Assembly (NCBI RefSeq): GCF_044324875.1
Contig: NZ_CP172188.1
DNA length: 64,000 nucleotides
Direction: 5' to 3' (one strand)
Source of the DNA: Escherichia coli
GTDB taxonomy: Bacteria > Pseudomonadota > Gammaproteobacteria > Enterobacterales > Enterobacteriaceae
The notes below the pieces were generated by a model, which had not been told where the DNA came from, ran no database searches, and saw only the letters and a program-made list of their open reading frames with translations. Shown here piece by piece: positions 39,035 to 49,848 of this stretch. The translations under genes and the position numbers were made by a program. Position 1 is the first letter of the stretch, and each line of letters starts with the position of its first letter.

Positions 39035-40033
39035 TTAACTAACAATCCAGTCCATAGCAATAACATCCTCTGGAGCTAAATCAATAGCATGGATTTTCCC
39101 GTCACGGATGGTGCGCCAGTGCTTTCGTGATCCACCTTCGGGCCATACCCATACACCTTCAGGCCAGGAAGAACGACGACACACTGTTGCGTATCCAGTC
39201 CTGATCTTCTCTCTGACGGTATGCAGTGACAGATTATCTTTTGGGATTTCCGGTAAAGGATGATGGATTGCCTGAAACAGCCCCATCTTCGGATGATACC
39301 AGCGTTTGTTGCGTGGTTCTGCCTCCGACATAACCTGCTTGAAGGCTTTCCGGAAGGGGGCCAGGGCCACAATGGAGCGTCGGGCAAGCAAACCATCTGG
39401 AGTTAAAAACTCATGCGTATCGGTGGGAATCCGGTAAGCGTTGACAAGGTTGCGGCATTTGGCTTCAGTCAGGCCACATTTCGCCGCCAGCTGGCGGTAG
39501 CCAATGTAGCCTTCCGGCATATTGCCTTTCTTGATTTGCTCGACGGTTTCAGCGACTTTGGACACTTGTGCCGATACCTCGGCTACCTGGGCATTTACGG
39601 CGTTAATCCGGCGTTCATGTTCAAGATGCATTTGCGCCATTTCAGCCAGGATTTCGGCTTTTGATTTTAGCGGTGAGTGCTCCGGTATTAATTGCTTAAT
39701 ACGAAAATAGCTGTTTACCAGCTCACGTTGCACTTGCCAGGCCAGATCGTCATTGAATGACTTAACAATCATTAGATAACCGGACTCAGTGAACACGCGC
39801 AAACCGCGCGGGGGGACATTAATTCCAAAAGTGTCAAAAACGCCCTTTTCAGAGTAATCAATAAGATAGGTATCTACACCATCAACAAAACGGTGCTTGT
39901 TACGATGGAAAGTTGTTTTAGCTAATCCTTTTGGTCGCTCGTGCACCTCATCAATCATCTCAAAGGTCACTACACGCTGATTTTTATATTCGAGAGTCGG
40001 GAATGGTTTGTTATTGATAGTTACTGCGTCCAT
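39035..40033 (-). CDS. ant: antirepressor (Ant), copy 3, with a different N-terminal domain
   Basis: C-terminal ~200 aa near-identical to copy 1; N-terminal 130 aa unrelated to Rha (KilA-N/ORF6N-like); ATG 40033 overlaps the icd stop. Confidence 0.8.
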   Translation of the reverse strand: MDAVTINNKPFPTLEYKNQRVVTFEMIDEVHERPKGLAKTTFHRNKHRFVDGVDTYLIDYSEKGVFDTFGINVPPRGLRVFTESGYLMIVKSFNDDLAWQVQRELVNSYFRIKQLIPEHSPLKSKAEILAEMAQMHLEHERRINAVNAQVAEVSAQVSKVAETVEQIKKGNMPEGYIGYRQLAAKCGLTEAKCRNLVNAYRIPTDTHEFLTPDGLLARRSIVALAPFRKAFKQVMSEAEPRNKRWYHPKMGLFQAIHHPLPEIPKDNLSLHTVREKIRTGYATVCRRSSWPEGVWVWPEGGSRKHWRTIRDGKIHAIDLAPEDVIAMDWIVS

Positions 40034-40248
40034 TAATGCACCTCCACGCAGTTCATTGGGCGGTTCCAGTAGGTCAAAACGTCCAGGGCATCGAGTTTGA
40101 AGCGAGCCGCAAAAATGCACGGATCTGTAGGAAGAAATGAACGCGCTTCAGCCTCAGTAGCTGCCATTACGGTGATATAGGTGTGTTTTGTGCAGGAATA
40201 AAAGCGCCAGATGAATTCTGGACGTGAGCAAGGATTGGCATTAACCAT
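40033..40248 (-). CDS. icd: Icd-like protein, module 3
   Basis: Paralog (MVNANPCSRPEFIWRFYSC...CVEVH). Confidence 0.7.
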   Translation of the reverse strand: MVNANPCSRPEFIWRFYSCTKHTYITVMAATEAEARSFLPTDPCIFAARFKLDALDVLTYWNRPMNCVEVH

Positions 40249-40299
40249 AGTTACGGCCTCATGTACAGGTTTAACAACCTGCTACCCGCTGTCAAACAG

Positions 40300-40390
40300 G
40301 TGGCAGGGCGTGACAGGGTTGACAGACTGGCGTACATGAAACCAGCAGGCCGAAGCCTCCCCATCACGCCCCACCATAATTCGGGCGTAA
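40300..40390 (-). ncRNA. c4-like antisense RNA region of immunity module 3 (boundaries approximate)
   Basis: Paralogous to 30020..30110, with the pairing element changed to ctgtcaa and both target sites changed to ttgacag. Confidence 0.45.
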
Positions 40391-40561
40391 CGTGGTTTAC
40401 GGACACAAAAATACCGCAATATCGGAAATCTGCGGATGTCCGCATGTACATTCAGGCTGTCAAACCTGGTCGCAGAATTTGCTACGACGGCGTGAATATA
40501 AGCCTGAACATCTGGAAGATCAACATCAAATTGTTGATGATTTATTTTATTATTCATGTTT

Positions 40562-40592
40562 GAAAATTCAAATTATTTTTCTAACACAATAC
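40562..40592. promoter_or_regulatory. operator-like motif upstream of immunity module 3
   Basis: gaaaattcaaattatttttctaacacaatac; inverted copy of the module 2 site. Confidence 0.4.
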
Positions 40593-40699
40593 GAAAGGGA
40601 GTGAAAATTATTCTCCAGCGTTAACCCAAACAAAATTATGTGTGCTGGAGGGTTGCTCATTTCCCGTCAGCACCCACGCCCTCAACGATAGCGGGTAGG

Positions 40700-41005
40700 G
40701 AAGGAAGCGCAATTTTGAGGGCATTTTTTACATCATCAATCCATATGTAATGAAGGCATTCTTTACACATTTCAATAATATCAATCAGTTAGCACAGTGA
40801 ATGATAATAAAAAAGCGCAATAAGAATGCACGATACGCACGATATTGGTTGAGGGTAATTTTTACATAATCCTTATATATCAATATGTTATATAAAAACA
40901 CAACTTACCAATAACAAGATACATGCAATTAAGATGTAAAAATTGCCCTCAATTGCCGATCGTTAAGGGCAAATTCTACACCTTGAGAGGGGTGTAAAAA
41001 TTGCC
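40700..41005. repeat. iteron cluster plus AT-rich region downstream of repA (incC-like)
   Basis: Copies of the TGAGGGCAA(T)TTTTACA iteron in both orientations (about 40713, 40842, 40937, 40961, 40987) around an AT-rich stretch. Confidence 0.6.
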
Positions 41006-41006
41006 C

Positions 41007-41762
41007 TTAAGACTGCTGATAGGTAAATTTTATCCTGGTAACTTTGCCGCCTTCCGTCACCTCTGAGAAGACTATTTTCATTTTTGTATTTTTTTCAATC
41101 TCTGCTACAGCCTTCGTTAAAAAACTTCTCTTAAATTCGGCATACCGCTGATAGCTTTTTGGTAACCCATAACGCTCCCGCATCCATTCGACGCCAAGTA
41201 TGGCAAAGCCGCTTCCATCATCCTTCCTGTACTGGCATAAGGACTCATAAAGCCGCATAGAATAAGGATTTGTAAGGCGAGATACTTCGGTAAAATTCAG
41301 CCTTGTGAATCTCTTATCAAGCAGAGTAAAAAACGGCATGAGATATGGATTAAGATGAATAATGTAAGTCCCACGCCGTGGTGAATAGGCATCCTTAATC
41401 ATCCAAGGATAAGACTCATAACTGTCTTCTGATTCGGTCGATTCATCAGGGTTATATATCGTAACTTTCTTCTCGCTAAGACCTGAAATGGCCTTACGAA
41501 TATCCTTGCTGGCTTCAGCAGAGGGCAAATTATACATCTCTGCATATTCGTTGACCGTCAACTCACAGGCACCTGAACCAAGAACGCCATCCTTAGAAGC
41601 ATAGCGAAGCCTTCCCACCACAATAAACAACAGTCGCTTTTGGTCGCGAGTCAGGTGATAAGCAGCCTCCGTGATCTCATTGGCTTGTGCCAAACTACGA
41701 CTAATAGGTGTCGCTGACTCAATCAGGCTGACGGCTTTTGCTGTTAATTCCGCTCTGTTCAT
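41007..41762 (-). CDS. repA: RepE(F)-like plasmid replication initiator
   Basis: Collinear with F-plasmid RepE as recalled (EAAYHLTRDQKRLLF..., EASKDIRKAI, NPYLMPFF, RLNFTEVSRLTNPYSMRLYESLCQYRK); likely start ATG 41762 gives 251 aa. Confidence 0.8.
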   Translation of the reverse strand: MNRAELTAKAVSLIESATPISRSLAQANEITEAAYHLTRDQKRLLFIVVGRLRYASKDGVLGSGACELTVNEYAEMYNLPSAEASKDIRKAISGLSEKKVTIYNPDESTESEDSYESYPWMIKDAYSPRRGTYIIHLNPYLMPFFTLLDKRFTRLNFTEVSRLTNPYSMRLYESLCQYRKDDGSGFAILGVEWMRERYGLPKSYQRYAEFKRSFLTKAVAEIEKNTKMKIVFSEVTEGGKVTRIKFTYQQS

Positions 41763-41783
41763 AACCCTGTGTGATCCTTCAAA

Positions 41784-41910
41784 TGGTGAGGGCAATTTTT
41801 ACATCACTTTGAGGGCAATTACTACACCTTTTGAGGGCAAATCTTACACCTTCTGAGGGCAAATCTTACACCGATCGTATCTAATTGAGGGCAAATCTTA
41901 CACCAGACTC
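41784..41910. repeat. five direct iterons upstream of repA (origin / autoregulation)
   Basis: Direct repeats of about 22-24 bp (ttgagggcaa(a)tcttacacc) at 41784, 41808, 41832, 41856, 41886; one inverted copy near 42027. Confidence 0.7.
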
Positions 41911-42150
41911 CTCTACAGCCCGCGCCACTACTGGCTCCAGCGACGCCTAAAAAGGATCTAAAAAGGATTAAAAATGGAAAAAGGTTTATAAAAATACTCT
42001 GTGGATATGTGAGTAGCGTCACTTAAGGTGTAAAAATCACCCTCAATAATCGCTTCTCGACCGGCAAAGATCTTCATTCAATCCCCATCGCAAATCACAC
42101 ACTCCCTATCCTCTGGAAAATGAACAGATACCTGCTTTTCGGAGGAATAA

Positions 42151-42972
42151 TTGAACATTCCAAAATTTCCATTGCCTTCCCGTCCTGAGACAGAAATTCA
42201 GTTCCACGCCCCTACCGTGAAGGATGCGCTGAAATATTCTGACCTGAACCCGGCAGAAGATGAGGCAACTACTACAGAGTACCTTAACTCGATGCAGGAT
42301 GGTGAAATTAACGACAGTGCTAACTGGACAGTTCAGGATCGCAGAACTGCTCTTTGGTGGATATTTGTTAATTCGCGCCCCGATGCAGTAATGACCTACT
42401 CCTATGAGTGCAGTCACTGCGGTAATACGCATCATGCAGATATTAACCTAAGCGACCTGGCCCAAACAGTAGAAATACTCACTGTACCTCCTTACGTGAA
42501 AACCAACGTACCAGTAAATGGAGTACCAACTAACTGGATACTTAAACCATTAACCGGGAAAGGCGCGGAACTCCTTGAACGAATGCGAGCGTCACTTCCT
42601 GATATGAAAAGCCCCGAATACAGTGCTGGCGTGGCACGGATGCGGATTGCTGAACTCGCTTTATGCACGGCGCTTGAAGACGATCCGGAGGACTTCACGC
42701 AGGCCGCTAACCGACGCTTTGACATCATTGAAAGCATGGCGCTTGAAACCGAATTTACACCGCTTGTGGCTCGCATACAGCTTATGCAAAAAGACCTACG
42801 CCACGGCCTGAAGATGTCTATTGAGAGAGGCAAAAGCCGCCTGATCCTGCCTCCGCAACATTGCAAAAACGCTAAGGAGGGTGCAGACGTGACTACCACG
42901 CTGTACGTCACCTTTCACAATAGAGAGTTTATCCCATCAATTAGATCTGAATGGATGGCTAACCATTATTAA
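42151..42972 (+). CDS. hypothetical protein (273 aa) with Cys/His cluster
   Basis: TTG start with GGAGG RBS; CSHCGNTHH motif. Confidence 0.45.
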   Translation: MNIPKFPLPSRPETEIQFHAPTVKDALKYSDLNPAEDEATTTEYLNSMQDGEINDSANWTVQDRRTALWWIFVNSRPDAVMTYSYECSHCGNTHHADINLSDLAQTVEILTVPPYVKTNVPVNGVPTNWILKPLTGKGAELLERMRASLPDMKSPEYSAGVARMRIAELALCTALEDDPEDFTQAANRRFDIIESMALETEFTPLVARIQLMQKDLRHGLKMSIERGKSRLILPPQHCKNAKEGADVTTTLYVTFHNREFIPSIRSEWMANHY

Positions 42973-43026
42973 CAACCTGACTCTGTATGGATATCAGCCC
43001 GTTAGTGACGTTGAACAATTGCCACA

Positions 43027-46000
43027 ATGGCGAGCACTCCATATGTCAAAAGCCCTAGAAGAAAAATACAAAGCTCAAGCCGGGAAACGTTGATCGCCGC
43101 TGGCAAAAGAGAGGTTATTTTGAAAGAGAATAAAGACCGTATCGCAATAATTGACGCTATTCAGGGGGCGAGCACAAACGAACTTAAGGCTCTTGCTGAG
43201 ATCAAAGACGCCATTCTCTCTGGTAGAGGGTCTATAACTCAACTTGGTGAAAATCAAGGTAAAGTAAGTCAAAGACTATCCCGTAGACGCATAGCAAGCG
43301 AACCCTATGTCTCTGGTGATGCCAAGAATACCCAAGCTAACCCATATATAAAACGCCTTCCGATGAAAAAAGGGAGGACGCAGGTCAACAACGGAGAAGA
43401 ACGTCTCATTGTTGCAACCAACACATCAGAGCGCGTTCATTTTGCGTCATCACGCCAGTCCGCCCAAAAGTTGAAAGGTTCTGTGCCAGTAGCCGCTAAT
43501 TCTGCTCCTCTTGAACCACAATCCCCCCAAAGCCAAAAAGGACCGCTTCGGGATAGTAATGGACGCTTTGTATCCCAGAAAAACAACGAAGATATAGCCA
43601 GAAAAAAAGAATGGCAGAACGCACGTAAGGCCGACGCCAAACTACAAGAAGGCTTCCTCCGGAAATTAGGCTCCATTATAGGGGTAGATGGCAATCAGTC
43701 TTCCAGTGAAGAGTCTTTAACAGATGCCGCAGGTGTCGGCGCTGGTGGTCCGTTGTGGATGGCTGCTCGCGGCATGTACGACATTACTAAAGAGATCACA
43801 GGTAAAGCAGAATCTCTTAAAGAATGGGTAGAAAAGGGGAAAGGTGAGGCTTTATCTTCGAAAGCGACATCACCAGCTATCACTTATCCGGCGGTGGTGA
43901 ATACTCAAAAAGCAACCTCTGCAACAGCATTTAATAATGCTGTTGAGACAAAATCAGCACAAGCAGTAGAAGAGCAAACAAAAATTCTTCAGACCAATGA
44001 CAACAAAATAATTGATGGTCTGGAAAATGTCTCCGACGAAGTAGTTAAGCTACGCAAATCAGTATCTTCTGGGAATAAGTTCGGCTTAAGTGATCTCTGG
44101 AGAAATCGAGCAAGCAGAAGAAATAAAATCAATATTGGCGATCAGGCTGGTAAAAATAAACGGAACAAACCGAAAAGGAAAGGTCGCAATCTGGGGAAAA
44201 ATGCCCTTTCTGTTGGTGAAAAAGCCGCTGCCGGAACCGCTGCTGCTGGAGCTGGTGCCGGAGCTGCAAAGACTGTTAAAACAAAGGTTAGTAAAGCCAA
44301 AGACATCAGCACCACAAGCGACGCATCTAAGGGTATTGCTAAAGAAACAAAAAACACAGCAAAGGCAGTTAAGCCAGCAGGTGTTGTTGCCGAAGAGGCC
44401 ACAATTAAAACAGGTGAAACTGTTGCAAAGAAAAAAACCGAATCCGTAGCCCTCAAAAGTGCTGCAAAAATAGGTGTTAAATCAGCTGCTTCTACAGCTG
44501 CAAGAGCTATCCCGATCATCGGATCGCTGGCTATGGCGGGATATGACGCTATAGATGGTTACACTGATACAGATGCGCAAAAGGCAGCCTTTGGATTAAG
44601 TGACGATGATGCTGTATCCGAACAGCAAAAAACGGCTTACGCAACAGCTAATGTGCTCGATATGGGGGGCTTGGTGTCGGGCGCAACGAACTTGATAGGG
44701 AAAGGAATTTCTGCGCTAGGATTTGAAAGAGCAGGTGAAAAACTTCAGAATTTTGATACCGGAGATATTGCTCGTGGTGTTAACGGCGCGGTAGATATCA
44801 CCAAATCTGTTTTTGGTAACCTTAAGGATACATTTTTATCCACTGACGAAAACACGAAACAAGTAAAAAAAGCTGTTGAAGACGGCACAAAAAAAACTGT
44901 CGATGCGATTCATTCTCTTGGTGAACAATTACAAGGTGGGCGTAATGGCGAGGATGGAGTTGGTGAGCACGGGTATACTTCTCCAACTGAATTTAGTGCA
45001 CCTGCCAACAACACCATTGCAGCGGATCTGAATATTGGCGGCAGCAACGCTAAAAACCGCAATTACCGAAATAATAATCTCGGCAATCTTGTTTTTGCCA
45101 ACCAGGAAGGGGCGACGCTGGAATCGCCAAATGCAAAAGGTGAACAACGTTTTGCGCGATTTAACACACCTGAAGAAGGGATCAGGGCACTGGCAAACCA
45201 GGTTTCCAGCTATTACAACGGCACCAGTGCCGCAGCGGGATATCAGAAGTTACAGACGGTATCCAGCATCATTTCAAAATGGGCACCGCCAAATGAGAAC
45301 AATACTAACCAATATATTGATAACGTCAGTAAATATCTTGGTGTATCGCCTAATGAAAAAATAGATGTCAGCAAACCAGAAGTTATGACGCAATTAGTTC
45401 GTGCAATTGCGACGAAAGAAGGCGGAAATCCGGCAGTTAATAATGAGTTCATTAAGAACGCACTTGGAGCATTTAACACAAACACTGGTCGATGGGAGGG
45501 ACAATTCTCTGACGAAACATTGGCGCGGATTAATAAAATTCAGAAAGAAAATGGTGGTCAGCTAATTGCCCGCGATTCGCAATATAGTGTTGGTCGCAAG
45601 GTAAAATATGCTAATGGAAAATCTCCAGCTCAACCAGTTTTGAATGCCGTTCCGACAGCAACACAACAGCCAATTGAGGTTGCACAACATGCCCAGGCAG
45701 TCAAAAAGCCACAAAAAACAGGTAACCAACCACAACCGATTAATCCAGAGAACGCTGATGTTAATACCGGCTCTCCATCGAGTTTGCTTGAGCGGTTAAT
45801 CACAATAAATGAAAGCGGAATCAGTGGTGCAAGTAATTTATTTGGCGGCGCGGCTACCAGCCTTGCTGGAACAAGTCTGGACCTGGTAAAGGATTTTGCG
45901 TTAGCTACTTCGTTTGGTTCTATATCTTCGCTTTCCGAAAAAGCGAAAGGAATGGATCAGGCTCTTACTGAAAAGATATCCAGCTTAACCGGTAAATCTT

Positions 46001-47091
46001 TTGGATTTAAAAAAGCTTCTCAAGTGGCTGATATCGCAACAGCCATACAACAAAAACGCACTGTTAATCACGATACAGAAATCATTGATCTACTTCCGGG
46101 AGATCAAGTATCCCCTTCTACTCCGAAAACTCCACAGCAGGAGCAGGCTCTGGCAATCAACCAGGCTATGGAGGGCTTTTCGTCTGCAGCGCCAGCACCG
46201 AAAACCCCACAGCAGGAGCAGGCTCTGGCAATCAGCCAGGCTATGGCGGGCTTTTCGTCTGCAGCGCCAGCACCGAAAACCCCACAGCAGGAGCAGGCTC
46301 TGGCAATCAACCCGGCTATGGAGGGCTTTTCGTCTGCAGCGCCAGCACCGAAAACCCCACAGCAGGAGCAGGCTCTGGCAATCAGCCAGGCTATGGCGGG
46401 CTTTTCGTCTGCAGCGCCAGTAGTTACCTCTGGAAAACGAACTATCACGGCACCAAGTGATGTGCAGATTTATGACAACGGCTACAAGGTGGTTACAGGT
46501 GAGGATAAGAGCTTCTTTGGTTCGCTATTTGATTCCACGGTGTCAGGGCTTAAACAGACAGGAACCGCAGTAATTCCTGCCGTTGGCGATAACCTTTCAC
46601 GACTTGTTGGGGGGATTGATAGTACAGGGATATTGAACGATCTTGTAATGCAGTCTACTGGGCAGAATAGTGCGATTGCGCGAGCTATTAGCCCATTAAC
46701 AAGAAATGTTGGAGACTGGTTGAATGGGGGGATTCAACAAACCGCTAATAGCATTAGGGGAATAGCAACTGGTGCCAATAACGCCATATTTGGCTCTGCT
46801 TCAGCTGTGCAAGAACCTTTTCTTGCTATGCCGCCACAACTCCCTACTGTAACCGATCTCGCACGAAGCGGAATAAGACAACCATTAACTACTGACACTA
46901 TAAATAACGATCCTGCTATGTTGAAGGCGCTGGATAACATCTGCTCTATCCTGAACGATCTGCTGAATGTGAACAAGAACAATACAAAAGGCGATCCGGA
47001 TAATGTTGTCAAAACATCGCAGCCGCAGCCGCGACCACGTGCGAGCACAACTATTAATGACCAGTCGCTGGATGCTCTGCTTGAGGATTAA
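43027..47091 (+). CDS. large virion protein (1354 aa), Sit/tape-measure-like
   Basis: Very long ORF directly upstream of baseplate genes; Lys/Ala-rich N-terminal third; internal 25-aa tandem repeats. Confidence 0.55.
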   Translation: MASTPYVKSPRRKIQSSSRETLIAAGKREVILKENKDRIAIIDAIQGASTNELKALAEIKDAILSGRGSITQLGENQGKVSQRLSRRRIASEPYVSGDAKNTQANPYIKRLPMKKGRTQVNNGEERLIVATNTSERVHFASSRQSAQKLKGSVPVAANSAPLEPQSPQSQKGPLRDSNGRFVSQKNNEDIARKKEWQNARKADAKLQEGFLRKLGSIIGVDGNQSSSEESLTDAAGVGAGGPLWMAARGMYDITKEITGKAESLKEWVEKGKGEALSSKATSPAITYPAVVNTQKATSATAFNNAVETKSAQAVEEQTKILQTNDNKIIDGLENVSDEVVKLRKSVSSGNKFGLSDLWRNRASRRNKINIGDQAGKNKRNKPKRKGRNLGKNALSVGEKAAAGTAAAGAGAGAAKTVKTKVSKAKDISTTSDASKGIAKETKNTAKAVKPAGVVAEEATIKTGETVAKKKTESVALKSAAKIGVKSAASTAARAIPIIGSLAMAGYDAIDGYTDTDAQKAAFGLSDDDAVSEQQKTAYATANVLDMGGLVSGATNLIGKGISALGFERAGEKLQNFDTGDIARGVNGAVDITKSVFGNLKDTFLSTDENTKQVKKAVEDGTKKTVDAIHSLGEQLQGGRNGEDGVGEHGYTSPTEFSAPANNTIAADLNIGGSNAKNRNYRNNNLGNLVFANQEGATLESPNAKGEQRFARFNTPEEGIRALANQVSSYYNGTSAAAGYQKLQTVSSIISKWAPPNENNTNQYIDNVSKYLGVSPNEKIDVSKPEVMTQLVRAIATKEGGNPAVNNEFIKNALGAFNTNTGRWEGQFSDETLARINKIQKENGGQLIARDSQYSVGRKVKYANGKSPAQPVLNAVPTATQQPIEVAQHAQAVKKPQKTGNQPQPINPENADVNTGSPSSLLERLITINESGISGASNLFGGAATSLAGTSLDLVKDFALATSFGSISSLSEKAKGMDQALTEKISSLTGKSFGFKKASQVADIATAIQQKRTVNHDTEIIDLLPGDQVSPSTPKTPQQEQALAINQAMEGFSSAAPAPKTPQQEQALAISQAMAGFSSAAPAPKTPQQEQALAINPAMEGFSSAAPAPKTPQQEQALAISQAMAGFSSAAPVVTSGKRTITAPSDVQIYDNGYKVVTGEDKSFFGSLFDSTVSGLKQTGTAVIPAVGDNLSRLVGGIDSTGILNDLVMQSTGQNSAIARAISPLTRNVGDWLNGGIQQTANSIRGIATGANNAIFGSASAVQEPFLAMPPQLPTVTDLARSGIRQPLTTDTINNDPAMLKALDNICSILNDLLNVNKNNTKGDPDNVVKTSQPQPRPRASTTINDQSLDALLED
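46125..46430 (+). repeat. four tandem 75-bp coding repeats (PAPKTPQQEQALAI-N/S-QAM-E/A-GFSSAA)
   Basis: Near-identical 75-bp units in tandem within the 1354-aa gene. Confidence 0.8.
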
Positions 47092-47096
47092 TACTG

Positions 47097-47471
47097 ATGC
47101 TTTACGAAATAGACGCAAGACTTCAAACGAATGAGAGCGGTGTCATTATTGCAGAAGGAAGTACCGCAGCATGGATGGCCCGACTTGACGAGTGGCTACG
47201 AACCCCTGAAGGGAGTGTTTATGGTTTACCCTCTTGGGGGAGTCCAATGGAAGAATTTAAGCATGAACCATTCGGCTCTGAAACTTCGCACATAGTTGAA
47301 GTGGCTATTGAAGGGAGAATGATGAAAAAACTACGACAAGACTTGCCAGGTTTGGATGTGCAGGGGATTCGTTGCACATCAATTTCTGAAGATTCTTTAT
47401 TAATTAGTTTTTATGCGAAAGGTGGGAGCATGGATATTGTTATGCAGAAATCAAGTGGGGTGGGCGCGTGA
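47097..47471 (+). CDS. baseplate protein (gpW/gp25-like candidate)
   Basis: About 124 aa, immediately after the large virion protein; assignment by size and position. Confidence 0.4.
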   Translation: MLYEIDARLQTNESGVIIAEGSTAAWMARLDEWLRTPEGSVYGLPSWGSPMEEFKHEPFGSETSHIVEVAIEGRMMKKLRQDLPGLDVQGIRCTSISEDSLLISFYAKGGSMDIVMQKSSGVGA

Positions 47472-48898
47472 CGATTACAGAATTACTGGACAAATTTAAC
47501 GCTAAGTTAAATGAAAACACATGGTGGTCACGATTTGTAAATAGTCAGTTTGTGCAGATGCACGCTATATTCGGATCACAGCTTATTTATATTGCCCGTA
47601 CATTTGCAAGCCGCGGCCTCACTGAGGGACTTATTTCAACGGCTACGCGCCGCTCAAGTATTTTAGCGGTTGCTGAAGACCGTAGCTACGTAGGGCGATT
47701 TGTTAGTGCTTCATACGGAACAACGTCTATAACCAATAAAACTGATCGGGATATTACATTACCAGCCGGGGCTGAATTGCTTGCCAATGACCAAACACCT
47801 TTGGCAATTATTAACAGTGTTGTAATTCCTGCTGGAGGAACTGTTTCTGGCGTAGAAACTAAACAGCATGAAGCTGTTAGCGTTACATTTGATATTGAGA
47901 AGGAAACTTTATTTCTGACATTGTTGCTTTCCAGAGAGTTAACAAAAGAAGTCTCTAGCCTGGATGTTTATGTTATTACAGATGGCGTAGAAGAAAAATG
48001 GACATATAACCCATTATTTAGAATGTCCAGAGACAAGAGTAAGCACTATTCATTGGCATATAAACCTACAGAACAACTTGGAGTCAAGTTTGGTGATGGT
48101 TCTATGGGTATGATGCCTCCAGCAGGCTGTCAGGTTCGAATCGATGTTATGGCTAGCCTTGGCGACTATACTTTGGCTGAAGGACAAAAGTTAGAACCGG
48201 CTGGAAATATCGCTCAATATGTGGAGTCACTTGAGTTTAAAACTGATTCGATCATTACCGGTGGTAGTGGTATGGAAACTACAGAAGAAACTCGAAATCG
48301 TGCTCAGTATTATGTTGCATACGATGAACAAGTGGTATGGGGCGGTGATTATCGCCAATTCATTCAGAATGTTGTTCATGGAACTTCATGGTTGAACGTT
48401 TGGGGCGAAGCGTTACAAGAGAAAATAACTGGGTTTGACGTTCGAAACATCAACAAAATTTTCTTTTGCGGACATAAGCCGGGTGTAAGCCAGGCTCAGC
48501 TAAAATCAGAAATACTGAAAGCTCTAGAGAATGTTCCAAATGAGTTGAACAAGCGGTTCGAGTATGTAGATACAAATGAACAGCCATTTACTATAAATTT
48601 TACAGGTATTGCACGTAAAAATGTTCTGATAGACGACGCTCAAAATGCTATTAAAGCAGCATTGGAAGATAATTTTGGTCGTGATTCGTCATCATTTAGT
48701 TTATTACTACAGAGTGATGATGATTCTCAGCAATGTTATGCACAGGTAAAAGTTAAAGATATTTGGCGAGTAATAGAATCGCTGGATATGTTTCTCTCTT
48801 ATGACATAACAATACAAAATATGAAAGATGCAGTTTACTTTAATGACTTCATTTATCTTGACGTGAAATCTTCCACGTTCAGCATTTCTTACCCGTAA
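47468..48898 (+). CDS. baseplate protein (gpJ-like candidate)
   Basis: 476 aa; GTG start overlaps the upstream stop; position in the baseplate block. Confidence 0.45.
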   Translation: MTITELLDKFNAKLNENTWWSRFVNSQFVQMHAIFGSQLIYIARTFASRGLTEGLISTATRRSSILAVAEDRSYVGRFVSASYGTTSITNKTDRDITLPAGAELLANDQTPLAIINSVVIPAGGTVSGVETKQHEAVSVTFDIEKETLFLTLLLSRELTKEVSSLDVYVITDGVEEKWTYNPLFRMSRDKSKHYSLAYKPTEQLGVKFGDGSMGMMPPAGCQVRIDVMASLGDYTLAEGQKLEPAGNIAQYVESLEFKTDSIITGGSGMETTEETRNRAQYYVAYDEQVVWGGDYRQFIQNVVHGTSWLNVWGEALQEKITGFDVRNINKIFFCGHKPGVSQAQLKSEILKALENVPNELNKRFEYVDTNEQPFTINFTGIARKNVLIDDAQNAIKAALEDNFGRDSSSFSLLLQSDDDSQQCYAQVKVKDIWRVIESLDMFLSYDITIQNMKDAVYFNDFIYLDVKSSTFSISYP

Positions 48899-48908
48899 TG
48901 AGGTTAGC

Positions 48909-49754
48909 ATGAAAGATAATTGGCTTAAGGAACGATTAACTAAAGTAAAGCAGGATTCACATCTCTGGAGTGCCTTTATAGACGCTTTACAGGATGTCTG
49001 GAATGAGGCAGTAGAACCAATATTAACAAGAATAAGTAACAGAAAATCCTTCTTCACTATGGACAGTGAGGATATGGATGCCCGCATTGCTGAATACGGG
49101 CGTTTTTTCGTTATCACTGAAAAAGATAATGCCCGTAGGCCAATGCTTCTGGCGCAGCGTTTAGATGAAGTGCACTTTAAAGGTACTATCTTGCCTATTG
49201 AGCAGACATTCTGGCGTGAATTCGGTTGTATTCCTGTTAGTTGGGAACCGCTGTATGCACCTGTAAATATAGAAAAACACCCCTATGGTTCATATTTTGC
49301 GACCGAAATAGAAATACCTACGGCACAGGCTCAATTCGGTGAGTTCTTCCTGACATCAAGGGGGCTGGTCGTTGTTGATCAGAACAAGCTATATCGCTCA
49401 TATGGAGAGCAGGATAAAGAAGCCGCTGTGCAGAAATTGTTATCTGACTTCGAAACAGTAATAGCCCCTTTGTTGCCATTGCATATTGTTTTTGATGGCG
49501 TCTCGTTTCGGCTTAGTGCTGTATTCCCTGAAGTGGCAGAAATACTAAATTGCCTGTCTACGGATGTTTCGGTAATTGAAGGTGTTTATGTTACTGAGAG
49601 TATGGCTGATATGCTATCCCGTAGTGATACCTCCTGCCAGGTAAACAATATTTCTCTTAACGCCATACCGAACAGAACGGCAGAAAAGCAATTACATCTT
49701 GATGTAACCCCACTCGATGCGTGGCCTTTGGATTACCACCTTCAACCTGTTTAA
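48909..49754 (+). CDS. baseplate/tail-fiber-proximal protein (281 aa)
   Basis: GAGG RBS; position between the J-like gene and the tail fiber. Confidence 0.4.
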   Translation: MKDNWLKERLTKVKQDSHLWSAFIDALQDVWNEAVEPILTRISNRKSFFTMDSEDMDARIAEYGRFFVITEKDNARRPMLLAQRLDEVHFKGTILPIEQTFWREFGCIPVSWEPLYAPVNIEKHPYGSYFATEIEIPTAQAQFGEFFLTSRGLVVVDQNKLYRSYGEQDKEAAVQKLLSDFETVIAPLLPLHIVFDGVSFRLSAVFPEVAEILNCLSTDVSVIEGVYVTESMADMLSRSDTSCQVNNISLNAIPNRTAEKQLHLDVTPLDAWPLDYHLQPV

Positions 49755-49848
49755 TAATTCTTCCCCCAAATGCGGGGGAAGAACAACGGAAATCACAAAC
49801 TGAGCATACTCTCCTTTGGTTCATTGCTTATGAAGGGGCTATGTTCGT

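Noticed and set aside
44090-46448. ORFs on both strands inside the 1354-aa virion gene, including repeat-derived ORFs at 46001-46448
   Set aside because: Created by the Ala/Lys-rich composition and the tandem 75-bp repeats; fully contained in a longer coherent ORF.
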